64,000 nt of DNA from Candidatus Bathyarchaeota archaeon (GCA_026014875.1 JAOZHO010000033.1:13256-77255), one strand, 5' to 3'; numbered from the stretch's first letter, positions 18,026 through 28,378 are shown. Numbers and translations are program-made. The notes: generated by a model from the letters alone, not told the origin.

Positions 18026-21000
18026 TCAACGCTTCTTGAGGACCACGAGGCCGTCCTCCAGACCCAGCGCCCCGGAATCGAGGGCCCCACGGTAGATCAC
18101 CCGCAGGGCCTCCAGGATTTTGGGTCCCATCCGCTTGAATCCGAGGAGGCGGGCCGTCTCGTTGAGTAGAGTCTCCTCCCTTATCCCGAGGGAGTACCCG
18201 GCGACCATTGTCAACGCCGTCAGCGTCTCCTCTGGGGGAAGGTACTCGATGGGCCTGAAGCTCTCGGCGACGCCATCCACAGGGGCCCTCACCCGGACCG
18301 TGTCCCGGCCCTTGGGCCAGAGGAAATCGCCCCTCACATCGATCCTGTCCTTCCCGGCCTCATCCACCTCCTCCTGGAAGGCCGCCCTGAAGGCTTTCGT
18401 AGCCCGGCTCAGCCTGAAGGCGCTGTTCATCCTCCTGAACGCGAGGTCCACGTGGATGGGACCCTCCCCCCTCACCAGCTGGGGAAGGAGCCGCCTAACC
18501 TCCGAGTGGTACTGCTTCAGGTACCGTTCCCTGTGCTCCGAAGAGTACCTCGTGAAGAGGTGCTCGGGCTTCAGCTTCACGAACCTGTAGGGCTCCACCT
18601 CGGGGAGCTCCCCCGGGGGAGTGTCCAACACCTTCACCTTCTTCACCGAGTTCCTCTTGGGCCGGGCGGGGGGCTTCTTGGCAGCCTTACGGACATCCTT
18701 CCGTGGCCCCTTCTCGGCGTCCTTGAGGGTCTTCGCGAGCCTCTTCGCCTCGGTCTCCCGCCTCTGGACCCAGTCAGGTGACCAGACACGGTGGATCCTC
18801 CACCCCAGGTTCTCCAGAACCTGAATCCTGAGGCGGTCCCTGTCCCGGGCGGTGTCGGCGGTCACGTAGTTCTCCCCGTCGCACATGATCCCCAGTATGA
18901 ACCTCCCCGGATCGTCGGGGTCCACGACTCCCAGGTCCACCCTGAAGACCCCGGAGCCCACCCAGGGCACCGTCCTGTAGCCCAGGCGTCTCACCTCCTC
19001 GGCGACCTCGTCGTCCAACGGGGAGGTGAGGCTGACCTCCTCGGCGGCTAAGTCGTCCAGGTTCCGGGGGCGCCTCTCGGCGTACCTCATGTAGTGGTGG
19101 AGGCTGTGGACTCCCTCGGCCTGGGTGGATTCTAGCCTGATGTCGTCGTACTTGATGCTGCTAACGAGGATCACCTTCTCCCGGGCGCGGGTCACCGCGA
19201 CGTTGAGACGGCGCTCCCCTCCCTGCTTGTTGAGGGGGCCGAAGTTCATGGTGATCCTGCCGTTCGCGTCGAAACCATAGCCGACGCTGAATATCATGAC
19301 GTCCCTCTCGTCGCCCTGAACGTTCTCCAGGTTCTTCACGAAGAAGCCGTCGAGCCTGTCCTCGACGAAGAACTTCTCGAACCTGGGGCGCTCCCGGAGG
19401 CGCGCCTCGACGGTGTCCTGCACCGTGTTCATCTGGCTCAGGCTGAAGGTGACCACCCCCAGGGTCTTCTCTGGGTGCCTCTCGAAGTGCTCGAAGACGA
19501 GGTTGGCCACCACCTCGGCCTCCCTCACGTTATTCCTCTTGCCCCCGCGGTCGTAGACGCCGTCCTTGACGTGGACGAACTCGAGGCCCAGGTCGGAGGA
19601 GCTCATCCTCGAGGAGGGGAAGAGCACGAGGTTGCCGTTGTAGAACCTGTCGTTGCTGAAGCGGATCAGCGAGTCGTGCTTGCTCCTATAGTGCCACCGG
19701 AGCATCTGGACGGGGAGCCCGATGCTCATGCACTCGTCGAGGACGCTGTCGAAGACGTCGAACTCGTAGGCGTCCTCGTCCCAGTCGAAATCCTCGTCCA
19801 GGGTGTGCTGGAAGAAAGGTGTCGGAGGGAGCTGCTTCGGATCCCCGGCGACGACAAAGGTGTCCCCCCGATAGATGGAGCCCACAGCGTCCTCGGTGTA
19901 GATCTGGCTCGCCTCGTCGAAGACCACGAGGTCGAAGTGGAGCCCCCCTGGGATGAGGAACTGGCTCACGCTGATGGGGCTCATCATGAGGCAGGGCTTC
20001 AGCCTCCTCACGAGGTTGGGGATCCGCTCAAACAGGTTCCTCAGAGGCATGTGGCGACGCTTCTTCGCCGCCTCCCGCATCAACACCGTGATCTCCGAGT
20101 CCGGGGCCTGGACGAAGACCCCTTGGGGCTTCTGCTCGTTGGCGATCTCGATCACTCTCTGGGAGGCGAGCTGGATGAACCGGCGGTCCAAGTTCTGGAA
20201 ATCCTCGATGAGCTGCTCGTGGTTCTGGCCCCTGAAAGCCTCGAGGACCGCGTCCTCCCTGTAGACGGCGTCCAGGAGACCCTGGTACATCGCCTTCCTG
20301 AAGACATCCACGAGTCGCCCCCTCTCGACCCTCTCAGCGACGAGGCTCTCGAGGAATCTCCCGAGCCCCGCCTCCCTTAGGTTGGCCTCCTGGGCCTTGA
20401 AGTCCACCCAGGTCTGGAGGCCGTCTATACTGGTTCGCAGGACGCCCAGACTCGTCCGCACCTTTTCGAGGGTCAGGCCCCCCCTCGGCTCGGGCCAGCG
20501 CTCTCTCTCGAAGCGGTCGTCGATGGAGTCGAGGGACGAGGAGATGTCGCTCCACCTCGCTCCGATCAAGGGGTCAGGCGGAAGAGGCAGCCCGTCCTGG
20601 GAGACGCCCCCGGCTAGCCTCTCGGGGACCCCCCGGGGGAGGGCTCTGATCAGCCTCCGGGTCCACCCCAGCGCCTCGAGGACCCCGTCCCAATCCGTCC
20701 TGAGGCCGCTGTAGAGTTTGCCAAAGAACCCTCTCATCTCCTCGGAGCGGCTGTCGACCTCATCCTCGAATCTCTGAAGCCCCTCCACGGTCCTCAGATC
20801 CTTCAACAGGACCATATAGGTCGCCGGGTGCTTGTGGAGACGTATGGCCAGCGCCTCGGACGATAATCTTGAAAGGCTTGTGAGCTTCTGCAGGGAGTCC
20901 ACAGCCCAGGACTCCACCTCCCGGAGGCTGCTTTTCCGCATCGAGGCCCCCGAATTCGGCATCCGTCTGGATGGGATCAGCCCCCGCAGCTTCCTCGAGT

Positions 21001-23617
21001 CGGCTCTCCAAGCGGAGAGGGAGCTCGACAGATCCTCGCTGTGCCGAAGGAGGTCCTCGCCGGGTTTCGAGAGGGAGGATAGATTGTCCCTGAGGGCTTT
21101 AGGGGCTCTGGCGGTGCCTGCTATGCGGAGGGCCTTGGAGGCGTTCTTGAGGGCCACCTCGGCTCCGTCGAAATCGGGCTCCTCCCCCCGGTAGTAGACG
21201 CCCAGGGTCTTCCGGGAGCGCTCGAGGTTGGCGTCCAGCCTCTCCAAGAGCTCCCGGAGCTCCCTTGCAGCTTTGAGGTCCTCGACGGCTGTCTCGGGGA
21301 ACGCCCCGTCTCGTGTGACCTTGGAGACGGCACCTTTGATCCTGTAGTAGCTGGGGGATAACACCCTGAGGAAAGAGCTGCCGGGGCCCTCCAGGTACTC
21401 GATTATCTCGTCGAGCTCCAGGGATAGGACTGCGTCATCGTAGGCCTCAAGCCTCCCCCTGAGCTCCTCCCTGTGGAAGTGATCGATCTTCAGAGTCTCG
21501 AGAAGCCCCTTGGTCTCCTCAAGGCCGCTCCGGTCAAGCCACGATCTCATGGGTCTGTGCTCGGCCTCGCACATGCGGGCGAGCTCGGAGACGTGGATGA
21601 TCCTCTCAAGGATCTGGGATTCTCCTTTCAGCCCAAGGATCGATGAAATCCGTTCGGCGCTCCCCCTCATGTTTCGGAGCCTCCCCGGGAGCCCCCGGAG
21701 GAAGGCGTCCAGTTCCTTCGAGTGTCTGAGGAGCCCCCCGTCCCCCCTCGACACGGGGGCAAGGAGTTCGGTGAGATCCTTCCAGGCCTCCTCGATCCTG
21801 CCGGCGGTCCCCGGAGGCATGATGAGAAGCCGGGTGTCATAGTTCTTCCCGAGGGCCCCCACTGAGGCCCAGTATTCGCCCCACTCCTTCCTGCTCTTCT
21901 CGGCGAGGGACCGGATCTCCCGGAGGTCTACGCCCACGAGCCATCCCTGAGGGGGCCTCGGGGTCGCGCCGATGATCTCGGTCAGCCTCTGCAGGCGCTC
22001 GTACTCCTCAATCGTGCCCGGGGTTTCGAGACCCAGGGCCTCGGCGTATACTCTGGAGCCTCTCTCTAACTCGTTGGCCGTCGCCACGGCGCTCTCTAGG
22101 AGGTGGATCCACTGGGAGAGGGTCTCCGGGGTGAACCTCTCCTCGGTGCACCCCTTCCACGGGAAGGCGTCCCCCTCTTCGACTACTCTCCAAGCGTTGG
22201 AGAGCCTCCGGATCCTGTCCTCGAGTCCCAGGAGGCTCCCCTGGTCCAGGGAGTCGAAGGCCCCGTAGCCGGTGGGGAGAAGGGGGGTCTTCTCGAGGCT
22301 TGCGAGGGTCCCGAAGATCTTGTGGGGGGTGAGCCCTATGGGCTCTCTGCGGGTGTGGAGGGCCTTGACGTACTCGTTGAGCTGGTCCCGCCTCGCGATG
22401 AGACGCTCCAGCTCCTCGTCGGTCATCGCGCCCCGGGCCTTGAGGTGTTCGTTGAGGGACCTGCTGAGCTCGGCTACCACCTCCCTCTTGTTGGCCTTGT
22501 GGCTGTGGAGCTCGAGGCAATAGTCGTCCAGGTTCCGGGCCTTGAGGCGGCTGTAGACCACTTCGAGGGCGGCCATCTTTTCGCTTACGAAGAGGATGCT
22601 CTTCCCCCGGGCGATGAACTCGGCGATCATGTTCGCGATGGTCTGGCTCTTCCCGGTGCCCGGGGGGCCGTGCATCACGAAGCTCTGCCCCGCGAGGGCG
22701 TACTGGATGCAGAGCTGCTGGCTGCTGTCTGCGTCCAGGACCTGGAAGACCTCCTTGGGGTCTAAACTGTCCAGCTCTCCAGCTACGGGCAGGGAGTCCC
22801 CCGCTACGGGTGGTGGGGTCACCCCGGCGAGGGCCCTGATGATGGGGTGTTCGATGATGGTGTCCACGTTGTCGATGAGGTCCTGGTACATCACCAGCTT
22901 GTGGAAGGAGAATAGGCCCAGATGGACGCTGGCCTCCACCTCCCACCCGGTCTCCAGGATGGCCTCCCTCACGTCTGCGAGGTAGCCCGTGAGTGCCTCC
23001 TCGTCCCAGTCGGGGAGCGGGGGGAGCTCGATCTTGTGCTCGTACTGGAGCTTGAGCCGGAGGGCGGGGTTGAGGATCGCCTCGTCCTCGACGGCGGGCA
23101 CCCGGACCGTGTAGGGGTCCCGGGTGGTTTTCCGTGTGAGCTCCACGGGGGTGAGGACTATGGGGGACATGATGGGCTGGTTCGACCCGCCCTCCTTCCA
23201 GCTGAGCATCCCGAAGGCGACGTATAGGATCCGGACCCCTCTCTCCCGGTACTCGGAGGCGGAGCGCCTCGCAAGGTTCCGGAGGACCCGCCTCAGCCGG
23301 GGGGCCTCGATCCCTTCGGGGACGAGCTGCGTTTTCCTGGGCCGATGCTTGCCCCGGGGTTCCCCGTCGTCCTCGGGGGGCTCCCAGATCGACCAAGCCC
23401 GGTCCTTGACGACGAGCCTCTCGAAGACTGCGTCGATGCCGGGGCGCTGGAACCTGAGGTTTGAGCTGCGGGTGGGCCTGAAGTTGACGAGTCGGTTCCT
23501 CCTGCTCAGGTCGATGAGTCTGTGCTTCCAGTCGTCGACCCTCCTGAGAACCTTGGCCAGAGAAGCCGAATTCATAGGCTGTTCTCCCTCTCTTATGCTA
23601 AACATGGCGCTTCTCAC
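18026..23617 (-). CDS. DUF4011 - SF1 (UPF1-like) helicase - Vsr-like nuclease - DUF3320 protein (Hhe-like defence protein)
   Basis: WKHRLIDLSRRNRL, GPPGTGKSQT, DEASQ, GDPKQLPP, WHYRS, VQGDERD, RLNVAVTRA, ARDRDRLR...LGWRIHRVWS. Confidence 0.88.
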   Translation of the reverse strand: MRSAMFSIREGEQPMNSASLAKVLRRVDDWKHRLIDLSRRNRLVNFRPTRSSNLRFQRPGIDAVFERLVVKDRAWSIWEPPEDDGEPRGKHRPRKTQLVPEGIEAPRLRRVLRNLARRSASEYRERGVRILYVAFGMLSWKEGGSNQPIMSPIVLTPVELTRKTTRDPYTVRVPAVEDEAILNPALRLKLQYEHKIELPPLPDWDEEALTGYLADVREAILETGWEVEASVHLGLFSFHKLVMYQDLIDNVDTIIEHPIIRALAGVTPPPVAGDSLPVAGELDSLDPKEVFQVLDADSSQQLCIQYALAGQSFVMHGPPGTGKSQTIANMIAEFIARGKSILFVSEKMAALEVVYSRLKARNLDDYCLELHSHKANKREVVAELSRSLNEHLKARGAMTDEELERLIARRDQLNEYVKALHTRREPIGLTPHKIFGTLASLEKTPLLPTGYGAFDSLDQGSLLGLEDRIRRLSNAWRVVEEGDAFPWKGCTEERFTPETLSQWIHLLESAVATANELERGSRVYAEALGLETPGTIEEYERLQRLTEIIGATPRPPQGWLVGVDLREIRSLAEKSRKEWGEYWASVGALGKNYDTRLLIMPPGTAGRIEEAWKDLTELLAPVSRGDGGLLRHSKELDAFLRGLPGRLRNMRGSAERISSILGLKGESQILERIIHVSELARMCEAEHRPMRSWLDRSGLEETKGLLETLKIDHFHREELRGRLEAYDDAVLSLELDEIIEYLEGPGSSFLRVLSPSYYRIKGAVSKVTRDGAFPETAVEDLKAARELRELLERLDANLERSRKTLGVYYRGEEPDFDGAEVALKNASKALRIAGTARAPKALRDNLSSLSKPGEDLLRHSEDLSSSLSAWRADSRKLRGLIPSRRMPNSGASMRKSSLREVESWAVDSLQKLTSLSRLSSEALAIRLHKHPATYMVLLKDLRTVEGLQRFEDEVDSRSEEMRGFFGKLYSGLRTDWDGVLEALGWTRRLIRALPRGVPERLAGGVSQDGLPLPPDPLIGARWSDISSSLDSIDDRFERERWPEPRGGLTLEKVRTSLGVLRTSIDGLQTWVDFKAQEANLREAGLGRFLESLVAERVERGRLVDVFRKAMYQGLLDAVYREDAVLEAFRGQNHEQLIEDFQNLDRRFIQLASQRVIEIANEQKPQGVFVQAPDSEITVLMREAAKKRRHMPLRNLFERIPNLVRRLKPCLMMSPISVSQFLIPGGLHFDLVVFDEASQIYTEDAVGSIYRGDTFVVAGDPKQLPPTPFFQHTLDEDFDWDEDAYEFDVFDSVLDECMSIGLPVQMLRWHYRSKHDSLIRFSNDRFYNGNLVLFPSSRMSSSDLGLEFVHVKDGVYDRGGKRNNVREAEVVANLVFEHFERHPEKTLGVVTFSLSQMNTVQDTVEARLRERPRFEKFFVEDRLDGFFVKNLENVQGDERDVMIFSVGYGFDANGRITMNFGPLNKQGGERRLNVAVTRAREKVILVSSIKYDDIRLESTQAEGVHSLHHYMRYAERRPRNLDDLAAEEVSLTSPLDDEVAEEVRRLGYRTVPWVGSGVFRVDLGVVDPDDPGRFILGIMCDGENYVTADTARDRDRLRIQVLENLGWRIHRVWSPDWVQRRETEAKRLAKTLKDAEKGPRKDVRKAAKKPPARPKRNSVKKVKVLDTPPGELPEVEPYRFVKLKPEHLFTRYSSEHRERYLKQYHSEVRRLLPQLVRGEGPIHVDLAFRRMNSAFRLSRATKAFRAAFQEEVDEAGKDRIDVRGDFLWPKGRDTVRVRAPVDGVAESFRPIEYLPPEETLTALTMVAGYSLGIREETLLNETARLLGFKRMGPKILEALRVIYRGALDSGALGLEDGLVVLKKR

Positions 23618-23698
23618 GAATAAGTGTATTTCCGGCCTCCTCAGGAGGATAAGGAAAAATCACGCGGGAAAGGGTTGAAAAAGCCTGTCTTGAGGGTT

Positions 23699-23733
23699 TT
23701 AGAGCCGGTTTTATGAATTAAAAAAGGCTCTAA
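23699..23733. terminator. Inverted repeat downstream of thiL (possible terminator or operator)
   Basis: TTAGAGCC-GGTTTTATGAATTAAAAAA-GGCTCTAA. Confidence 0.4.
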
Positions 23734-23751
23734 GGAGGTTTCTGGCCCCGT

Positions 23752-24744
23752 TCAGGCCCCCATGAAGTGCTCCCAGCCCCTCTTCTCGATGGGATTCTCC
23801 ACCCCATTTTTGGCCATCACGATGCCTGTTTCTCGTGTCGCGACACCGAGTTCTAGGAGCTCGCAGCCTACGGCGTCGAGGGCTTCTCGGGCGTCCTCGA
23901 GGCGCCCCGGCGTCACGGTGAAGACCAGTTCGTACTCCTCCCCGCCGTAGAGGGCGAGGTCGCCCGGGTCCAGTTCGTGGTGTTCTGAGTATATCTCCAC
24001 CTCCGGGGGGATCGGGAGGTTCTTGATCCTGAAGCCGACTCCGCTGCTCCTGGAGAGGTCGTAGAGGCTCACGGAGAGCCCGTCGCTGGAGTCGATGGAG
24101 GAGGTCGCCGCCCCCGATTCGGCGAGGGCGATCCCCTCCACGATCCGGGCCTTAGGGTTGTAGACTGACTCGGCGAGGGTCTCCCTGAGCCTCTCGGGGG
24201 CCTCTAGCCCCTCGAGGAGGATCTTGAAGGATGCGGCTGTGAGGCCGAAGGGGCCCGTGGTGGCGAGGATGTCACCTGGCTTGGCTCCCTCCCGTTTGAT
24301 GATCTTGTCCTTTCGGGCGATCCCGAGGGCGACACCGTTGATGATAATGTCCGAGGCCTCGTTGGTGTCTCCGCCTATGACGTAGCCTCCGTATTCCCGG
24401 GCGCCCGCCTCGAATCCCCGGGCCATCTCCTCGATGGATTCCACCTCTAGGTCCCGTGGTATGCCGAGGGATGCCATGAATCCCTGGGGTTGGACGCCCT
24501 TCGCCCCGAGGTCGCTGAAGTTCATGATGACGGCTTTCCTCGCCGCCTGGTAGGGGGTCATCCCCGGGGGGACGTCGGTCTCCCAGACCAGCATGTCGGT
24601 GTTCAGTACGACTGCCCTGCCGTCCCCGAGGTCGATGGCCATGGCGTCGTCCCAGAAGGGGAGGGGCATCCCGGGCATGGGGGTGATCCATCGGAGCATG
24701 CGCTCGATGAGGGCTCGTTCGCCGATCTCCCCTGCCGTCGCCAT
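23752..24744 (-). CDS. thiL: Thiamine-monophosphate kinase
   Basis: GERALI, DDA, NFSDLGAKG, GGDT, IDSSDGL, GGEEYEL. Confidence 0.93.
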   Translation of the reverse strand: MATAGEIGERALIERMLRWITPMPGMPLPFWDDAMAIDLGDGRAVVLNTDMLVWETDVPPGMTPYQAARKAVIMNFSDLGAKGVQPQGFMASLGIPRDLEVESIEEMARGFEAGAREYGGYVIGGDTNEASDIIINGVALGIARKDKIIKREGAKPGDILATTGPFGLTAASFKILLEGLEAPERLRETLAESVYNPKARIVEGIALAESGAATSSIDSSDGLSVSLYDLSRSSGVGFRIKNLPIPPEVEIYSEHHELDPGDLALYGGEEYELVFTVTPGRLEDAREALDAVGCELLELGVATRETGIVMAKNGVENPIEKRGWEHFMGA

Positions 24745-24855
24745 CTGTGCTCCGTTGAGTCTTGGGGGTGGACCCCTCATAAAGCGTTTGAGAGGTTTTC
24801 GGAAACGTATTATAACAGTGTTGAATCCTAAGTTGGATTGCTCGGAGGAATTGGG

Positions 24856-26007
24856 ATGAAGATACTCGACGATATCAGGGTCCTCGACCTAACCCACGTC
24901 TGGTATGGGCCGTGGTGCACTATGATGCTTGCGGACATGGGTGCGGAGGTCATCCGGGTGGAGCCTCCCTGGGGGGCCATTGACAGGCTCGCCGATGGGG
25001 CCCTCTTCGGGGGTGCGAGCTATACGTTCCACCATCTCAACCTGAACAAGAAGGACATCACTCTCGACCTCAAGAACCCGGAGGGGATCGCGATCTTCAA
25101 GGAGTTCGTGGAGAAGTCTGATGTCGTGGTCCAGAACTTCAGCCCGGGGGCGATGGAGCGCCTGGGGCTGGGATACGGGGTTCTCAAGGAGCTCAACCCG
25201 GGTATTATCTACGCTGCCCTCAGCGGTTTCGGTCAGGATGGCCCCTACGCGAGTCGGAAGTCCTATGCGATGATCGCGGAGGCGATGAGCGGCCATACCA
25301 AGTTGACGGGGGAGAGGGCCGATCCGGAGGGGCCCCCCCTTGAGATGGCCCAGGCTTATGGTGACTTGGGGCCTGGGACGATGGCGGCGATGGCCATTCT
25401 GGGGGCGATTCGTTACAGGGATAGGACGGGGGTGGGGCAGATGATCGACGTGGCTCAGTATGACTGCATGGTGGCTTACAATACTGCGATCACCGGTTAC
25501 ACTCTGTCGGGGTTGCTCCCCTTGGAGCTGAGGAGGAAGTATTCTTTGGGGCGGGGCGTGGGTGGCCTGTATGAGGCGAAGGATGGGGGTTGGATTCGTA
25601 TTGCGGCGTTTGGGCCTCGGTTCTTGGACAGGCTGAATCAGCATTATGGTCTCGATATGGTGGAGAAGGAGTTCGTCGGGGAGAGGGTTAGCGAGATGAC
25701 CCGGGATGAGGCGGTGGAGCACTTTGTGGGGCTGGGGTTGCCGTGTGCTCCCGTCTTCAACGTGGATGAGACTGTGGCGGATCCTCATCTGGCGGCTCGG
25801 GGGATGTTCGTGGAGGTGGAGCATCCGTTGGCGGGGACGGTGAAGGTGCCTAACTTCCCGGTGAAGTTCTCTGAGACTCCGGGGGTGATCAGGTCGGCGG
25901 CTCCTGTTCTGGGGGCTCATAGTAAGGAGTTGTTGATGGGGGTTCTGGGGATGTCGGAGGAGAGGTTCGTGGAGCTGGTGAGGGCTGGGGTCACCAGCCA
26001 GGCTTGA
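24856..26007 (+). CDS. Family III CoA-transferase (CaiB/BaiF)
   Basis: IRVLDLT...GP...LADMGAEVI, NKKDITLDLK, NFSPG, SGFGQDGPY. Confidence 0.93.
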   Translation: MKILDDIRVLDLTHVWYGPWCTMMLADMGAEVIRVEPPWGAIDRLADGALFGGASYTFHHLNLNKKDITLDLKNPEGIAIFKEFVEKSDVVVQNFSPGAMERLGLGYGVLKELNPGIIYAALSGFGQDGPYASRKSYAMIAEAMSGHTKLTGERADPEGPPLEMAQAYGDLGPGTMAAMAILGAIRYRDRTGVGQMIDVAQYDCMVAYNTAITGYTLSGLLPLELRRKYSLGRGVGGLYEAKDGGWIRIAAFGPRFLDRLNQHYGLDMVEKEFVGERVSEMTRDEAVEHFVGLGLPCAPVFNVDETVADPHLAARGMFVEVEHPLAGTVKVPNFPVKFSETPGVIRSAAPVLGAHSKELLMGVLGMSEERFVELVRAGVTSQA

Positions 26008-26062
26008 CAGGGTTGGATCGTATCTATTATTAGTCCGGTGTTCTCTAGGGTTTGGCGAGTGT

Positions 26063-26138
26063 GCCTCGGTAGCTCAGTGGCCAGAGCGGCAGCCTCGTAA
26101 GTTGTTGGCCGCGGGTTCGACTCCCGCCCGGGGCTCCA
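26063..26138 (+). tRNA. tRNA-Thr(CGT) with encoded CCA
   Basis: GCCTCGG/CCGGGGC acceptor, GCAGC-CT-CGT-AA-GTTGT, GCGGG-TTCGACT-CCCGC, then T-CCA. Confidence 0.95.
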
Positions 26139-26406
26139 TTTCATGCGGCTGGCTTAGGATAGCGGTTTCGGGGCCGGTGGGTTGATGGATGGTGGTGTGA
26201 TGCGGGTGTTTCACCCCCCTCCCCGTCTTGTTTGTGGTGTCGGAGGGGTTGTTTTTGGTGTTGTTTTTGTGTTTGGGTTGTTTTTTGGGGTTGTTTTGGG
26301 TGTGTGTTGGTATTGTTTAGCTACTGTTCAGCTACTGGATTGCTTGTGTGTTAGATTGGTTGCGCGGTGAAAGATGGAGTCAGTGCTGGTTGGACTCCGC
26401 TTGCGG

Positions 26407-26433
26407 TCGAGTTCTGGCCTTGCCTGGGGCTCC
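26407..26433 (+). repeat. Degenerate att-like copy of the tRNA-Thr 3' end
   Basis: TCGAGTT-CTGGC-CTTGCCTGGGGCTCC; core 12/15, all three mismatches C>T; TCRAGTT-N5 spacing preserved. Confidence 0.5.
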
Positions 26434-26460
26434 CTTTCTACTAGTCTCGGGGGATTGGTG

Positions 26461-27435
26461 TTAGTCTCCGGGTCTGATCTCGGACCTCAGGAACTTCATG
26501 TAGGAGGCGGAGAAGCAGATGACCAGGCCCACCACGAGGGTCGCGATGTTGGCCCAGTTGGCTGCGAGAGCCTCGGTCAGCGTCAGTGTCCTCTGGAACT
26601 CCTGGAATCCCATGCCCTTCATGAAACCCCCGGCTACGCCGAGGATGTCGGTTGCCGCCTCCTCGTAGAGATTCGTCGGTGATATTTTCTCGATGTTAGA
26701 CTGGAGCGCACTTCTCTTCTCCATAGCCTCCATGAACTCGGGGGACATCCTTAACTCCCCCAGGTCTCCCAGGCCTCCATGAACTCCCGTCCTGAATCCC
26801 CCTCCCGGGAGGGGCACCATGGAGCTCGCGACGACGCTCGCCAGTATGCTGATGATGATCGAGAAGATCAGCCAGGTGGCTATCGAGGCCATGATCGAGG
26901 TGTTGGTCCGCTTCGTCAGGACGGAGTACAGAATCCCTAGGCTCAACCAGAACACCAGGTAGACGATGGTCAGCAGGGCTAGGGCCAATATCTTCGTGAC
27001 CTCCCCCAGAGTGGGGCCGAAGCCCAGCATGGGGATCGCCAAGCCGGAGAGAATCCCTATGGTGCCCACCGCAAGGGTCGACAAGGCTGCGGCTCCCGCG
27101 AGGAATTTCCCGTTGATCACCGAGTCTCTGTAGATGGGCTGGCCCATCAGTATGGACAGGGTTCCATTTGCCCGCTCTTTGTTTATAGCGTCGAAGCCGA
27201 GGGCAAGCCCCAGCAGGGGACCGAAGAAGACCATGATCTGGATGAAGGAGAAGCCGAACTGCCCTCCTGAGAAGATGTTGACGAAGCCTGCGTTCTCGTT
27301 GTTCCTGATAAAGTCTACGCCTTGATAGGCGGTGAGTGTCGAGAGGAGCAGAACCACGGCGAACAGGATGAGGAATCGCTTGCTCCCGAACTGGTCTCTG
27401 AGCTCCTTCGCCGCAACGGTGAATGTTCCGGCCAT
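26461..27435 (-). CDS. ABC-2 type transporter permease
   Basis: VAAKELRD, LGFDAINKERANGTL...QPIYRD..INGKF; multiple TM segments. Confidence 0.9.
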   Translation of the reverse strand: MAGTFTVAAKELRDQFGSKRFLILFAVVLLLSTLTAYQGVDFIRNNENAGFVNIFSGGQFGFSFIQIMVFFGPLLGLALGFDAINKERANGTLSILMGQPIYRDSVINGKFLAGAAALSTLAVGTIGILSGLAIPMLGFGPTLGEVTKILALALLTIVYLVFWLSLGILYSVLTKRTNTSIMASIATWLIFSIIISILASVVASSMVPLPGGGFRTGVHGGLGDLGELRMSPEFMEAMEKRSALQSNIEKISPTNLYEEAATDILGVAGGFMKGMGFQEFQRTLTLTEALAANWANIATLVVGLVICFSASYMKFLRSEIRPGD

Positions 27436-27437
27436 CT

Positions 27438-28373
27438 CTATCCCTCCTCGTAGTACTTCATGAAGATCTCCTCCAGGGAGTACTCCTTGGGCCTCATCAG
27501 CAGGATCACTGCGCCGTTCTCCGTTATCGTCTTGGACACCTCGTAGTCGCTCTCGATTCCTCCATAAACGAAGAGCTGATCTTTCTCTTGGGTCACCGAT
27601 TTGACGCCCTCGATGGACTCTAGGTCCCCGACGAGCCCCGGGGGCACCTCGGAGAGCATGAACTCGACGTTCCTCTCCTCGCCTCCGGTCATCTCCTTGG
27701 TCAGGTTCTCCAGAGTCTCCATTACGATGAGCTTCCCATTGTTGATGATGCCGACCCGGTCGCAGGTCATCTGGACCTCGTTGAGCAGGTGGGAGATAAG
27801 CACGACTGTGAGACCCTGCTCCCTGTTGAGACGGATTATCAGCTCCCGCACCTCCTTGGTGCCCACGGGGTCGAGGCCCAGGGTGGGCTCATCCAGGAAG
27901 ACGATTTTGGGCTGCTTGATCAGGGCCGCGGCTATCCCGACCCGCTGCCTCATCCCCCGGGAGAATTTCTCGTACTTCTCGTCTGCCCATTCGGACATCC
28001 CCACGATCTCCAGCATCTCCCCGATCCTCTCCTCCCGCACATCTTTCGTGAGGTCGTTGAGCTTCCCGATGTAATCCAGGTTCTGGGCTGCCGTAAGCTC
28101 CCCGTAGAGGCTGCTATACTCGGGGAGGATGCTTGCGACGGTTCTGACCTCCCTTGAACTCTCGATGATATCATAGCCTGCGACGACGCCCGTGCCCGTG
28201 GTGGGCACCGAGAGCCCCATGAGCATCAGTATGGCGGTGGTCTTCCCAGCCCCGTTTGGGCCGAGGAAGCCGTAGATCTCTCCCTCCTCCACGACCATGT
28301 CCAGGGAGTCAACAGCGGTAAAATCCCCGTATCTCTTCGTCAGACCGAAGGTCTCTATCACGTTTTCAACCAT
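27438..28373 (-). CDS. ABC transporter ATP-binding protein
   Basis: GPNGAGKTT, FSRGMRQR, LDEPT, SH motifs. Confidence 0.95.
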   Translation of the reverse strand: MVENVIETFGLTKRYGDFTAVDSLDMVVEEGEIYGFLGPNGAGKTTAILMLMGLSVPTTGTGVVAGYDIIESSREVRTVASILPEYSSLYGELTAAQNLDYIGKLNDLTKDVREERIGEMLEIVGMSEWADEKYEKFSRGMRQRVGIAAALIKQPKIVFLDEPTLGLDPVGTKEVRELIIRLNREQGLTVVLISHLLNEVQMTCDRVGIINNGKLIVMETLENLTKEMTGGEERNVEFMLSEVPPGLVGDLESIEGVKSVTQEKDQLFVYGGIESDYEVSKTITENGAVILLMRPKEYSLEEIFMKYYEEG

Positions 28374-28378
28374 TTTTT

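Noticed and set aside
17725-18090. N-terminal extension of Alba
   Set aside because: It runs antisense through tRNA-Asn and its promoter; Alba starts at 17724.
23618-23751. attR copy of tRNA-Asn bounding the Hhe-like gene
   Set aside because: No match to the tRNA-Asn 3' end was found by eye.
26182-26370. 62-aa Val/Gly/Phe-rich ORF after tRNA-Thr
   Set aside because: A by-product of the G/T low-complexity tract.
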